64,000 nucleotides of DNA from Methanobacteriota archaeon (GTDB taxonomy: Archaea; Thermoplasmatota; Poseidoniia; Poseidoniales; Poseidoniaceae): contig PBDU01000005.1 in the NCBI GenBank assembly GCA_002718195.1, positions 3,638 through 67,637 of the forward strand, written 5' to 3'. Of the stretch, positions 28,954 through 39,180 are shown piece by piece. How positions within the stretch are numbered: the stretch's first letter is position 1; each line of letters starts with the position of its first letter. The translations under genes were made by a program, and so were the position numbers. The notes under the pieces are model-generated. The model had not been told where the DNA came from and ran no database searches. It was given only the letters and a program-made list of their open reading frames with translations.

Positions 28954-29032
28954 ATTTCCAGTGGAAATGAGGGTAACTGATTGATTGCTTTTTAAAATGT
29001 TAATTTTTCTTTCAAAAATTTCCAATGGATTT
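28954..29032. promoter_or_regulatory. Pair of ORB-like boxes flanking an AT-rich tract (candidate oriC or operator)
   Basis: ATTTCCAGTGGAAAT followed by GAGGG (28954-28973); on the minus strand TCCATTGGAAAT (within 29018-29032); the 44 bp between them have 8 G+C. Confidence 0.5.
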
Positions 29033-29186
29033 GATTATAAGCCTGTTACAAACGATTGGGAATCCTTGCGAAGCGTGGTTGCCACCCTCGAAACAAAGCC
29101 TCAAAATGGCATGAAATAGAGAATGGTTATAACCCGTCTTGGCAGGCAATCAAAACCCGCACCGCACAGGAAATGGAGGTATCGCT

Positions 29187-30224
29187 ATGGTAATCGAGCA
29201 AACAAATTCTGGAAATGATGGAATAGACATTGATTTTACCGCTCAACACATCGAGCCGATGCTGAAAGAAAATCTGGATAGATTCGTTCTTTTCCCAATC
29301 CAACACTCAGACATATGGGAAATGTACAAACAATCTCAAGCATCATTTTGGACCGCTGAAGAGATCGATTTGTCTGAGGACATGAAAGACTGGGAGAAAT
29401 TATCTGATGATGAACAACACTTCCTAAAGCACGTTCTTGCATTCTTCGCTGCAAGCGATGGTATCGTAAATGAAAACCTAGTTGTCAATTTCGCAAACGA
29501 AGTTCAATGGGCAGAAGCTAGAACATTCTATGGGTTCCAAATAATGATGGAAAATATCCACGCTGAAACCTATTCTCTGTTAATTGACACCTACATCAAA
29601 GATGACAAGGAAAAAGACCACCTTTTCAAAGCACTAGATAGAGTTCCTTCAGTACAAAAGAAAGGAGAGTGGGCACTCCGCTGGTTATCCAGGAAGAGAG
29701 GTTCATTCGCAGAAAGATTGGTAGCATTCGCTGCTGTTGAGGGAATATTCTTTTCAGGCTCTTTCTGCGCTATCTTTTGGCTGAAGAAGAGAGGTTTGAT
29801 GCCTGGTCTGACATTCTCCAATGAACTAATCAGTAGAGACGAAGGACTACACTGTGATTTCGCTTGTATGCTTCATGAAAAGTTGCTGAAGAAGACTCCA
29901 GAAAACAGCATCCACAGAATAATATCTGAAGCAGTTAACATCGAAACCGAGTTCGTTACTGAAGCACTTCCAGTTTCTTTAATCGGTATGAATGCAAACT
30001 TAATGGAGCAATACATCAAATTCGTAGCCGACAGATTATTGGTTTCTTTGGGTGCATCAAAACTATACAATGTTGAAAATCCATTCCCGTGGATGGAGAT
30101 GATCTCAATGCAAGGAAAGACCAACTTCTTCGAGAAGAGAGTTGCTGAGTATCAAAAAGCGGGTGTTATGGATAGTACCCTAGGTTCGGTTCAACAGCGT
30201 TTCTCAATGGACGAAGATTTTTGA
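29187..30224 (+). CDS. nrdB: Ribonucleotide reductase class Ia small subunit (eukaryote/Bacteroidetes-like R2)
   Basis: [31 protein letters not shown] (radical Tyr), [14 protein letters not shown] and NFFEKRV; GGAGGT RBS before ATG 29187. Confidence 0.97.
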   Translation: MVIEQTNSGNDGIDIDFTAQHIEPMLKENLDRFVLFPIQHSDIWEMYKQSQASFWTAEEIDLSEDMKDWEKLSDDEQHFLKHVLAFFAASDGIVNENLVVNFANEVQWAEARTFYGFQIMMENIHAETYSLLIDTYIKDDKEKDHLFKALDRVPSVQKKGEWALRWLSRKRGSFAERLVAFAAVEGIFFSGSFCAIFWLKKRGLMPGLTFSNELISRDEGLHCDFACMLHEKLLKKTPENSIHRIISEAVNIETEFVTEALPVSLIGMNANLMEQYIKFVADRLLVSLGASKLYNVENPFPWMEMISMQGKTNFFEKRVAEYQKAGVMDSTLGSVQQRFSMDEDF

Positions 30225-30274
30225 ACCGTATTGAAGTGAAAAGAAATTACGCAGTGTGAAATTAGGGTGATATT

Positions 30275-32668
30275 ATGGCAATGCAAGTGGTAAACAGACA
30301 AGGGGAAAAGGAAGACGTACGCTTTGATGCAATCCATGAGAAGTTATCTAGATTGGCTGATGGATTGAATGCTGAGTACATTGACACTGGTCTGGTTACA
30401 AAGTTGACAATTGAGGGTCTCTATGATGGAGTTACCACCAGAGAACTGGATCAATTGGCTGCTGAAACCGCTGCATCACTTGCTAGTCATCACCCTGAAT
30501 ATAGCAAGCTTGCTGCTAGAATTTGCATCGATGATTTGCACCGCTCAACCAAGGATGATTTCTCCGAGGTCATCAACGACTTGAGGAACTACATAGACCC
30601 AGAAAGCGGAGACCATGCACCTTTGATTTCTGAAGAAGTTCACGCTATCATCCAAGAAAACTCGAAAGTTTTGAACTCCTACATTGACTATTCAAGAGAC
30701 CACAATTACGATTATTTTGGCTTCAAGACCCTTGAGAGATCCTACCTCTTAAGATTGGATGGAGAGGTGGCAGAAAGACCTCAACACATGCTTATGCGTG
30801 TTGCAGTTGGTATTCATCATGAGAATTTAGAGAAAGCATTTGAGACGTATGACCTAATGTCCCAAGGTTACTTCACACACGCTACACCGACTTTGTTCAA
30901 TTCAGGTACACCTACTCCTCAGATGTCATCCTGCTTCTTGTTGACAATGCAAGACGATTCTTTACACGGAATCTATGATACTCTAAAGCAATGTGCATTA
31001 ATTTCAAAATCAGCTGGTGGAATCGGTTTGTCCATTCACCACATTAGAGCAAAGGGGTCTTACATCAAGGGTACAAATGGTCAATCAAATGGTATTGTTC
31101 CTATGCTCAGAGTATTCAATGACACTGCGAGATATGTCGACCAAGGTGGTGGAAAGAGAAAGGGATCAATCGCAATTTACATTGAACCATGGCATCCTGA
31201 CTTGATGGAATTCCTAGACTTGAGAAAGAATCACGGAAAGGAAGAAATGAGAGCTAGGGATTTATTCTATGCGCTTTGGACATCCGACTTGTTCATGGAG
31301 AGAGTTGAATCCAATGCTGATTGGTCTTTCTTCTGTCCTAATGAATGCCCAGGTCTACAAGATGCATATGGAGATGAATTCAGAGCAATGTACACCTCTT
31401 TTGAGGAACAAGGTAGAGCCAGAAAAACAGTTCCAGCAAGAGAGGTTTGGGACAAGATCGTCGAATCTCAAATAGAGACAGGAACTCCTTACATGTTGTA
31501 TAAGGACGCAGCAAATGAGAAGTCAAATCAAAAGAACTTGGGAACAATCCGCTCATCCAACCTATGTACGGAAATTATGGAATACACCTCCAAAGATGAA
31601 GTGGCTGTCTGTAACCTTGCAAGTATTGCATTGCCTAAGTTTGTCAACATGTCTACAGGAGAATTCGATCATCAAAAGTTGTACGAAGTTGCTTACCACG
31701 CAACTGGCAACCTGAACAGAGTAATCGACGTCAACTTCTACCCAGTAGAAGAGGCAAGAAATTCAAACATGAGACACAGACCAATCGGTCTAGGTGTTCA
31801 AGGTCTAGCAGACACATTTGCAATGCTAAAGATGCCTTTCGAGAGCCCGCAAGCTCAAGAATTGAACAAGCACATCTTCGAAACAATCTACTTCGCATCC
31901 TGTTCTGCAAGTAAAGATCTAGCAATCGATGAAGGGGCATACTCGTCATTCGAAGGTTCTCCTGCTAGTACAGGCGAATTGCAATTTGATCTTTGGGGCA
32001 TGAACGAGCATTCTGGACGCTGGGATTGGGATTCCTTGAAGGCAGACATAGTAAAGCACGGAATGAGAAATTCACTACTGCTTGCTCCTATGCCTACTGC
32101 ATCAACATCTCAAATTCTAGGAAATAACGAGTGCTTTGAGCCATTTACTTCCAATCTATATGTCAGAAGAACTCTATCTGGTGAATTCATTGTTCTAAAC
32201 AGACACTTGGTAAGAGATTTAATCGCAGAAGGACTTTGGGGACCTGCGATGAAGGATAACATTCTAAGAAACAAAGGTTCAGTCCAAGCAATCCCTGGAA
32301 TACCTGAACACATTAAGGATCTTTACAAGACCACTTGGGAAATCAAGCAAAAAATAGTTCTGGACATGGCTGCTGATAGAGGAGCATACATTGACCAAAG
32401 TCAATCTTTGAACATACACATGGTCGATGCCAACCCTGCTAAGGTAACATCAATGCACTTCTATGGCTGGAGAAAGGGTCTCAAGACCGGAATGTACTAC
32501 TTGAGAACAAAAGCAGCAGCAGATGCAATTCAATTTACACTAGATGCTTCCACAAAGGAAGACCAAACTGTAAATGGATTAGCAAATAGATCTGAGGAAG
32601 TCGACAGCATGGATGCAATTGCCTGTAGCCTTGATGCTCCAGATGACTGCTTGATGTGTGGAAGCTGA
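30275..32668 (+). CDS. nrdA: Ribonucleotide reductase class Ia large subunit with ATP cone
   Basis: N-terminal ATP cone, [29 protein letters not shown] and a C-terminal Cys pair CLMC. Confidence 0.98.
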   Translation: MAMQVVNRQGEKEDVRFDAIHEKLSRLADGLNAEYIDTGLVTKLTIEGLYDGVTTRELDQLAAETAASLASHHPEYSKLAARICIDDLHRSTKDDFSEVINDLRNYIDPESGDHAPLISEEVHAIIQENSKVLNSYIDYSRDHNYDYFGFKTLERSYLLRLDGEVAERPQHMLMRVAVGIHHENLEKAFETYDLMSQGYFTHATPTLFNSGTPTPQMSSCFLLTMQDDSLHGIYDTLKQCALISKSAGGIGLSIHHIRAKGSYIKGTNGQSNGIVPMLRVFNDTARYVDQGGGKRKGSIAIYIEPWHPDLMEFLDLRKNHGKEEMRARDLFYALWTSDLFMERVESNADWSFFCPNECPGLQDAYGDEFRAMYTSFEEQGRARKTVPAREVWDKIVESQIETGTPYMLYKDAANEKSNQKNLGTIRSSNLCTEIMEYTSKDEVAVCNLASIALPKFVNMSTGEFDHQKLYEVAYHATGNLNRVIDVNFYPVEEARNSNMRHRPIGLGVQGLADTFAMLKMPFESPQAQELNKHIFETIYFASCSASKDLAIDEGAYSSFEGSPASTGELQFDLWGMNEHSGRWDWDSLKADIVKHGMRNSLLLAPMPTASTSQILGNNECFEPFTSNLYVRRTLSGEFIVLNRHLVRDLIAEGLWGPAMKDNILRNKGSVQAIPGIPEHIKDLYKTTWEIKQKIVLDMAADRGAYIDQSQSLNIHMVDANPAKVTSMHFYGWRKGLKTGMYYLRTKAAADAIQFTLDASTKEDQTVNGLANRSEEVDSMDAIACSLDAPDDCLMCGS

Positions 32669-32738
32669 TTCTCAAATCAAATACCTTCAGTGTTTATATT
32701 TCGAAGGTGATTATAAAGTTGGCTCTCATGGTTAACAC

Positions 32739-33020
32739 GTGGAAGAAGAAAAAGCCGAAGGAAGTGGAGTCAAACCCCATCCTTCAACTATATTGAATGA
32801 GCAGTTTTTCTCGCAACAGCACCCGTATCTTACTTGCTTAATTGCAGGTTTAACGACTGGTATCGGAGTAGCTTTAACAGTTGAGTGGAACGAATACTTT
32901 GAGGTCGGGAGAGACGTCCCAGTTTGGGAAACTATCCTAGTGGGATCAGTTTCAACGACAATCGCAATGTGTGCCACTTATCTGTTGCTAAATCTAGCAA
33001 GCAAAATTTCAAGTAAATGA
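32739..33020 (+). CDS. Small hypothetical 2-TM membrane protein
   Basis: 93-aa ORF with two hydrophobic helices; TTATAAA about 25 nt upstream. Confidence 0.6.
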   Translation: MEEEKAEGSGVKPHPSTILNEQFFSQQHPYLTCLIAGLTTGIGVALTVEWNEYFEVGRDVPVWETILVGSVSTTIAMCATYLLLNLASKISSK

Positions 33021-33043
33021 TTCGAGGATTGAGTCCATGATAA

Positions 33044-34474
33044 TCATGCAATGTGAATTGCATGACCGAGGCTTGCTAGTGCAGCTTCATGAGTCATCTC
33101 AGTCATAGTAGGGTGAGCATGAATTGTTCCTGCTATGTCCTCAAGGACTGCGCCCATCTCTAGAGCAAGTGTCCATTCGCCAACTAGTTCTGCGATGTGG
33201 GTTCCAACTCCTTGAACACCCAGGACTCTGTGATCATCCTCTCTTGCAACAATTCTAACAAATCCAGCAGTCTTTTCCGCTTCCTGAGTGAGAGCCCTTC
33301 CGTTAGCGCCTAGAGGGAATTTTCCAGTAATAACAGGATGTCCAGCATCTTTTGCCTCGTCCGGAGACATACCTACGCTGACAACTTCAGGTTCTGTAAA
33401 TACAATTGCAGGGACTGCAACAGGATCGTAAATTCTATTCTTTCCTGAAATAATTTCAGCAACCATTTCTCCTTGGAAGGATGCGACGTGTGCCAGCATT
33501 TCTCCCAAATCTGTCAAGTCACCAATTGCATAAACTCCTTTCATATTTGTTCGACATTGATTGTCAACCATGACAAATCCTCTCTCATCAAGTTTGACGC
33601 CTGTATTCTCAAGACCTTGGCTTCTTGGTTTTCTTCCAACTGTTACAAGGATTTTGTCTGCTTCAATACTTTCAATCTTTGATTCATCATCCGCATGTTT
33701 CTTATCAACATACTTGACTGAAATCTTGTCACCTGTTTTTTCAACTCCTTTAGCAAAGACACCAGTCTTGACTGTGATTTTTTGCTTCTTTAATGAAAGT
33801 TCTAGAGGTCTTCTCAATTCCTTGTCAAAAATCGGTAGAACTGAATCCATTGCTTCAATTACAGTGACCTTGCTTCCGAGCATTCTGTAGGTTATTCCTA
33901 ATTCGAGTCCGATGTAACCGCCACCAACAACAACTAGATGCTCTGGTAGTTCTCTCAATTCTAGAGCTTCCTTGGATGAAATCACGTTCTCGTCATATGG
34001 CATGAACGGTAATTCAATCGGAATGCTTCCATTAGCGAGAATGACATTTTCTGCTTCAATCAGAACTGCGTCTGAGCCTTCTCCGACCTTGACTGTTTTA
34101 GCGTCTTGGAATTCTGCCCAGCCATGAACTAATTCAACGCCAGCCTTGCCAAGTAAGGTTTCAACACCTTTGTTTAGTCTGTCAACAATTCCTTCTTTCC
34201 AATCGATCATGCTGCTCATATCTATTTCTGCAGGTCCAGGAATTGTTATTCCTTGGTGACCTGCATCAGTAGCGTACTTCGCTAACTTTTGGAATTGTTG
34301 AGCAACACCGATTAGGGCTTTGCTAGGAATACATCCTCTGATTAAGCAAGTTCCACCTGCTCTGCTACCTTCAACGATTATTGTGTTCAATCCTAGTTGT
34401 CCGGCTCTAATAGCAGCAACATATCCACCTGGACCTGCTCCCACTACCAATACTTGGCATTTTTTTACTTCCAT
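33044..34474 (-). CDS. lpdA: Dihydrolipoyl dehydrogenase (E3)
   Basis: GAGPGGY, redox GGTCLIRGCIPSK, GGGYIGLE and HAHPTMTE motifs; GAGGTG RBS. Confidence 0.97.
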   Translation of the reverse strand: MEVKKCQVLVVGAGPGGYVAAIRAGQLGLNTIIVEGSRAGGTCLIRGCIPSKALIGVAQQFQKLAKYATDAGHQGITIPGPAEIDMSSMIDWKEGIVDRLNKGVETLLGKAGVELVHGWAEFQDAKTVKVGEGSDAVLIEAENVILANGSIPIELPFMPYDENVISSKEALELRELPEHLVVVGGGYIGLELGITYRMLGSKVTVIEAMDSVLPIFDKELRRPLELSLKKQKITVKTGVFAKGVEKTGDKISVKYVDKKHADDESKIESIEADKILVTVGRKPRSQGLENTGVKLDERGFVMVDNQCRTNMKGVYAIGDLTDLGEMLAHVASFQGEMVAEIISGKNRIYDPVAVPAIVFTEPEVVSVGMSPDEAKDAGHPVITGKFPLGANGRALTQEAEKTAGFVRIVAREDDHRVLGVQGVGTHIAELVGEWTLALEMGAVLEDIAGTIHAHPTMTEMTHEAALASLGHAIHIA

Positions 34475-34484
34475 TTTATTCACC

Positions 34485-35780
34485 TCAAAGGAAAATCAAT
34501 GCAGGATTCTCCAGCATTCTCTTAACATCTTGGACTAGCATTGCACCATCCCAACCGTCGATGACTCTGTGGTCAAAGGATGATGAAAGATTCATCATTC
34601 TTCTTACTTCTATTCTTCCATCGATAACAACTGCTCTTTCTATTGCTTTGTGGACCCCAAGAATACCGACTTCAGGTTTATTGATAATCGGTGTTGCTCC
34701 TAATCCGCCATCTCTTCCAAGGCTAGTGATAGTGAATGTTGAACCGGACAAATCTTCAGCAGATGCAGTTCCATCTCTTGTTGCTACAACAACTCTCATC
34801 ATTTCACTTGCAGCCTTCCAAATATCCATGGCTTCGACGTGCTTGACCACTGGTACGTACAATCCTCTATCGGTTTGGGTAGCGATTCCCAAGTGGACGC
34901 CATCGAATTGTCTGTGCGTATTTCTCTCATCATCGTAGTAATGACCGTTGATTGCTTTCCTCGATTGCAGAGCCTTTCTAAGTGCTAGCATAATGAATGG
35001 TAAGAAGGTCAACTTAGGTGCTCCTTCTGGTCTGCTTGCATTCATTGTTTGTCTTAGTTGCTCAAGTTGAGTAACATCCACTTCCTCAAAGTATGAGAAG
35101 TGTGGAATTGTTGTGTAAGAAGCAACCATTCCTTGAGCAATTTTTCTACGTAGTCCAATGACCTTGACATCGTTATGTCCTGTTTCTGGTACTCCAATGC
35201 TGGAACCTGTGCCAGCCCCACCGCCAGCGATGTGCCTATCCAAGTCAGCATGACTTACTCTTCCTGCAGGGCCGCTTCCTGCAACATGATCCAGCGAAAT
35301 TCCAGCTTCTCTTGCTCTTTGCCTTACAGCAGGACTTGCAAGTGCCTTGGTCCCTGGGGCTCTCGCTACCGCTACTGGAGCAGGTTCTGGTGCAGGTGCA
35401 GCAGCAACTGGTGCAGGAGCCGGTGCTGCCTTTTCTTCCTTGACTTCTTCTTTCACAGGCTCGGGGGCTTCTTTGACCTCTTCCTTTGCTTCTGGTTCTG
35501 ATTCATCAGCAAGTTCCGATGCATTTCCACCACCCTCAACTTCGAATTCGATACAAACTACTCCTACGGCTAGAATATCTCCGACATCTCCTTTTCTTGT
35601 AAGGACTTTACCGTCTACTGGAGATGGAATTTCTACAGTAGCTTTGTCGGTCATTACAGAAAGAATTGGAGTGTCTTCTTTGACAACATCTCCTACGTTG
35701 ACAAACCATTCAACAACTTCTCCTTCAACAACTCCTTCTCCGATATCTGGTAATTTAAATGCGTATATTCCCATGTTCAT
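34485..35780 (-). CDS. bkdB: Dihydrolipoamide acyltransferase (E2) of a branched-chain 2-oxoacid dehydrogenase
   Basis: Lipoyl domain MTDKAT, Ala/Pro/Glu linker, E3-binding ASPAVR and catalytic FDHRVIDG. Confidence 0.93.
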   Translation of the reverse strand: MNMGIYAFKLPDIGEGVVEGEVVEWFVNVGDVVKEDTPILSVMTDKATVEIPSPVDGKVLTRKGDVGDILAVGVVCIEFEVEGGGNASELADESEPEAKEEVKEAPEPVKEEVKEEKAAPAPAPVAAAPAPEPAPVAVARAPGTKALASPAVRQRAREAGISLDHVAGSGPAGRVSHADLDRHIAGGGAGTGSSIGVPETGHNDVKVIGLRRKIAQGMVASYTTIPHFSYFEEVDVTQLEQLRQTMNASRPEGAPKLTFLPFIMLALRKALQSRKAINGHYYDDERNTHRQFDGVHLGIATQTDRGLYVPVVKHVEAMDIWKAASEMMRVVVATRDGTASAEDLSGSTFTITSLGRDGGLGATPIINKPEVGILGVHKAIERAVVIDGRIEVRRMMNLSSSFDHRVIDGWDGAMLVQDVKRMLENPALIFL

Positions 35781-36790
35781 TCCTCCTGTGTTCTATTTAT
35801 TGCATCTGCAATTCTTTGTGGACTTGGCATATAGTCCCACTCAGTTGTATGTGGGAATGGGGTATCCCATCCACAGACTCTTTCGATTGGTGCCTCTAAA
35901 TGATAGAAGCATCTTTCCTGAATTGAAGCGCTCATTTCAGCACCAAAACCACTTGTCTTAGGTGCCTCGTGAACTATTACACAGCGACCCGTTTTCTTTA
36001 CAGAGTTTACCACGGTGTCTCTGTCCCAAGGAACTAAAGTTTGCAAATCAATCAGTTCACAATCGACTCCTGATTTTTTGATTGCTTCTTCACAAACGTG
36101 GACCATTGTTCCCCAGGCAATTACGGTACAAGCAGATCCTTCTTGCACAATATTTGCTTGTTCAAGTGGAATTGTGTAATGCTCTTCAGGAACCTCTCCC
36201 ATTGGGTGGTTGTTCCAAGTTGGAACATTGTGTGGGTCTCCGTAAAAAGGTCCCCTGTAGCATCTTTTTGGCTCAAAGAAGATTACTGGATCGTTGCACT
36301 CTATTGCGCTTGCAAGAAGCCCTTTGGCATTGTAAGGATTAGAGCAGTATACAACCTTGATACCAGGAGTGTGAGTGAATTGAGCCTCTGGTGATTGAGA
36401 GTGGTGATGTCCACCCTTGATTCCACCACCAGCAGGTGTTCTAATTGTGACAGGAGTGGAATACTCTCCACCAGATCGATGCCTTAATTTTGCAATTTCA
36501 TTAACGATTTGATCATAGGCAGGGAATATGTAATCTGCGAATTGCATTTCGACTACTGGTCTTAGTCCATTCAATCCCATTCCAAAAGCAACCGCTGCAA
36601 TTCCACCTTCTGCAAGAGGTGAATCGAATACTCTGTGTGCTCCAAACTCTTCTTGCAGTCCGGCAGTTACTCTGAATACGCCACCGAAGTATCCAACATC
36701 TTCACCAAAAATTACGACGTTTTCATCGTTTTCAAGCTGATTTTTCAAGGCAGAGTTCAAGGCTGCTATCATGTTCATTTTTGCCATCAT
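35777..36790 (-). CDS. bkdA2: 2-oxoacid dehydrogenase E1 beta subunit
   Basis: FGEDVG..GGVFRVT, EMQFADY, HHHSQSPE and FFEPKR motifs. Confidence 0.93.
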   Translation of the reverse strand: MMAKMNMIAALNSALKNQLENDENVVIFGEDVGYFGGVFRVTAGLQEEFGAHRVFDSPLAEGGIAAVAFGMGLNGLRPVVEMQFADYIFPAYDQIVNEIAKLRHRSGGEYSTPVTIRTPAGGGIKGGHHHSQSPEAQFTHTPGIKVVYCSNPYNAKGLLASAIECNDPVIFFEPKRCYRGPFYGDPHNVPTWNNHPMGEVPEEHYTIPLEQANIVQEGSACTVIAWGTMVHVCEEAIKKSGVDCELIDLQTLVPWDRDTVVNSVKKTGRCVIVHEAPKTSGFGAEMSASIQERCFYHLEAPIERVCGWDTPFPHTTEWDYMPSPQRIADAINRTQEE

Positions 36791-36797
36791 AGTCACC

Positions 36798-38039
36798 TCA
36801 CTTACCTAATTCCTCTCTTTGTTCTTGGATGTGCCAAGGAACCTCTTCGTAAACTTCAGTGAAAATGGTACTCGCTGGCGGGTATGGACCGTTTGCTAGA
36901 TCTCCAAACTCACAAGCTTTCTTGTAAGCAGTCATCACTTCGTCATCGATTTTCTGAATGAGTGCATCGTGTTGATTAGAATCCCAAATGCCAATTTTTT
37001 CCATGTGTTGTTTTAATCGGTCAATCGGGTCACCACCGGGCCATAATTCGTGCTCATTTTGTGGGCGGTATGCGCTTGGGTCATCACTTGATGAGTGAGC
37101 GCCAGCTCTGTATGTGTAGACTTCGATGTGGGTTGCTCCCAAGCCTGCTGCTGCTCTTTTCCTAGCCCATTTTGTTACAGAATATAGGGCAAGGAAGTCA
37201 TTTCCGTCTACTCTGAAAGATGGTATGTCATATGCTAGTCCTCTTTCTGCGAAGGTTCTTCCACCTGTTGCTAAATTCTTGTGAGTTGAAATAGCCCATT
37301 GATTGTTAACTACATTTAGGATAACTGGTGCTTTGAATGTGGAAGCAAAGTTGAGACCATAGTGGTAATCTCCTTGAGCGCTTGTTCCATCACCTAACCA
37401 GGTAATACACACCTCATCTAAGCCTTTGTAAGCGCTAGCCATCGCTACTCCAACCGCTTGAGAGAACTGTGTTCCTACAGGTGAAGAAATGGAGATAAAT
37501 CGACCCTCTTTCCAAGTATAATGGACAGGCATTTGCCTTCCTCTAACGTTGTCCTCGGTATTTCCAATACAGTGGCATATCATGCTCACCATGTCTCTAC
37601 CTCTAACGAATTGTGCTCCTGGTTGCCTGTATGACGGGAATAACCAGTCTTGTGTTTCAAGTGCCATTGTTTGTGCTATTGCGACCGCTTCTTCACCAAA
37701 TGACCTCATGTAAAATGACAACTTACCAGTCCTTTGCATTTTGATCATTCTATCGTCAAAAACCCTGAGCCTAAGCATATATTCAAGTCCGAGTTTTAGT
37801 GAATCCTCATCTAATTGAGGGTCCCACTCTCCTGATGCATTGCCAGCATCATCCAGGACTCTAACAAGACCCTTTGCGTGAGCCATTGTATCATCTGCAG
37901 TTGCCTTGATTGGGTCTGGCATCCCTAAATCGCCGGGTTGCTCTGTGAAACCCTTGGCGAAAACCGGCTCATCACCTGGCCTGAAAGGAGCAGTCCCGAC
38001 TGTGTAAGGGGCGGTTGTTGCAGTTGTTCTTTCGCCCAT
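36798..38039 (-). CDS. bkdA1: Branched-chain 2-oxoacid dehydrogenase E1 alpha subunit
   Basis: ThDP motif GDGTSAQGD..NNQWAIS, RQMPVHY and HSSSDDP. Confidence 0.92.
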   Translation of the reverse strand: MGERTTATTAPYTVGTAPFRPGDEPVFAKGFTEQPGDLGMPDPIKATADDTMAHAKGLVRVLDDAGNASGEWDPQLDEDSLKLGLEYMLRLRVFDDRMIKMQRTGKLSFYMRSFGEEAVAIAQTMALETQDWLFPSYRQPGAQFVRGRDMVSMICHCIGNTEDNVRGRQMPVHYTWKEGRFISISSPVGTQFSQAVGVAMASAYKGLDEVCITWLGDGTSAQGDYHYGLNFASTFKAPVILNVVNNQWAISTHKNLATGGRTFAERGLAYDIPSFRVDGNDFLALYSVTKWARKRAAAGLGATHIEVYTYRAGAHSSSDDPSAYRPQNEHELWPGGDPIDRLKQHMEKIGIWDSNQHDALIQKIDDEVMTAYKKACEFGDLANGPYPPASTIFTEVYEEVPWHIQEQREELGK

Positions 38040-38051
38040 TAGTATACCCCA

Positions 38052-39080
38052 TCAATTGTGTGTCTTAAGGCGTGTGGGTTGATTGTCTTGGTTAGGATTG
38101 ACCATAACAAAAGCTTCTGGTATTACTTCAGTGTTATTTTTATCGTGCAGTTTTCTATAAAGATAGCCAGCCTTGAATGATGATCTCACGAGTGGACCAC
38201 TCGCTACCCCCAAGAATCCCATGTCGATTGCTGCTTTGCCCCATTGATCGTATAATTCAGGTTCGGGGAACCTATCTACTGCTAGGTGTTTAGAGGACGG
38301 TGCGAGATATTGACCGAGTGTAATCAAATCAACACCTGCTTGAGCACAAAGTTCCATTGCTTGTACTATTTCTTCGTCGGTTTCACCAAGGCCAACCATT
38401 ATCGATGTTTTTGTGAAAATATCAGGTCTGATTCTTTTTGCTTCCCTTAATATCATGAGTGATTGTTCAAAGGAAGCCCTGTGATCTCTGACAGTTTTGT
38501 CAAGCCTTGGGACGCATTCGACGTTGTGTGCAAAGACACTCAGCGGAGAATCCTTGAGGAGCAATTCCAAGGCTTGGACATCGCCTGCTAGGTCTGAGCA
38601 TAGTAATTCTAAAGTGACATTTGGAGTTGTTTTTGCAACCTCATCGATGCAATCTTTGTAATGTTGTGCTCCAGAATCTGCTAGATCATCACGATTTACT
38701 ACAGTTATCACAGCATGCCTCAGAGGCATAGAGGCAACCGCTTGAGCAAGATGTTTTGGCTCCTCAACGTCAAGCGGTGGAGGTCTTTTTATGGTTCCAA
38801 CAGCACAAAATCTGCACCCCCTGGTACATTCTTGTCCAGCGATCATGAATGTAGCATCGCCGCTAGACCAACAATCGTGAATGTTAGGGCATCTGGCTTC
38901 TTCACAAACTGTGTGTAGCATGTTGTCCTTTACACTTGCTTTGGTGTCAAGGAAAATTTTCTGTTGCTCGCCGCTTGGTAGAGATGTTCTAAACCAGTCT
39001 GGTAGCCTTCTTGACCTTGGTTTGGGAGAATCAGCTTGCGCCATTTTTAGGGTTCTGACACCCGATGACTTTTCTCCCAT
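38052..39080 (-). CDS. lipA: Lipoyl synthase
   Basis: CEEARCPNIHDC, radical-SAM CTRGCRFC and RSSF motifs. Confidence 0.97.
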   Translation of the reverse strand: MGEKSSGVRTLKMAQADSPKPRSRRLPDWFRTSLPSGEQQKIFLDTKASVKDNMLHTVCEEARCPNIHDCWSSGDATFMIAGQECTRGCRFCAVGTIKRPPPLDVEEPKHLAQAVASMPLRHAVITVVNRDDLADSGAQHYKDCIDEVAKTTPNVTLELLCSDLAGDVQALELLLKDSPLSVFAHNVECVPRLDKTVRDHRASFEQSLMILREAKRIRPDIFTKTSIMVGLGETDEEIVQAMELCAQAGVDLITLGQYLAPSSKHLAVDRFPEPELYDQWGKAAIDMGFLGVASGPLVRSSFKAGYLYRKLHDKNNTEVIPEAFVMVNPNQDNQPTRLKTHN

Positions 39081-39180
39081 GACCTTTCCACTTCAAGGCA
39101 AATCAAAAACTTGTGCTATTGCCAGAGTTTCCTGAAATTACGGAACAAGCATTCATGTATCGTGACTGTGTGGTATATTT

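Noticed and set aside
35347-35961. 204-aa plus-strand Ala/Gly/Ser-rich ORF
   Set aside because: It is the antisense mirror of the E2 lipoyl domain and Ala/Pro linker, with no independent coding signal
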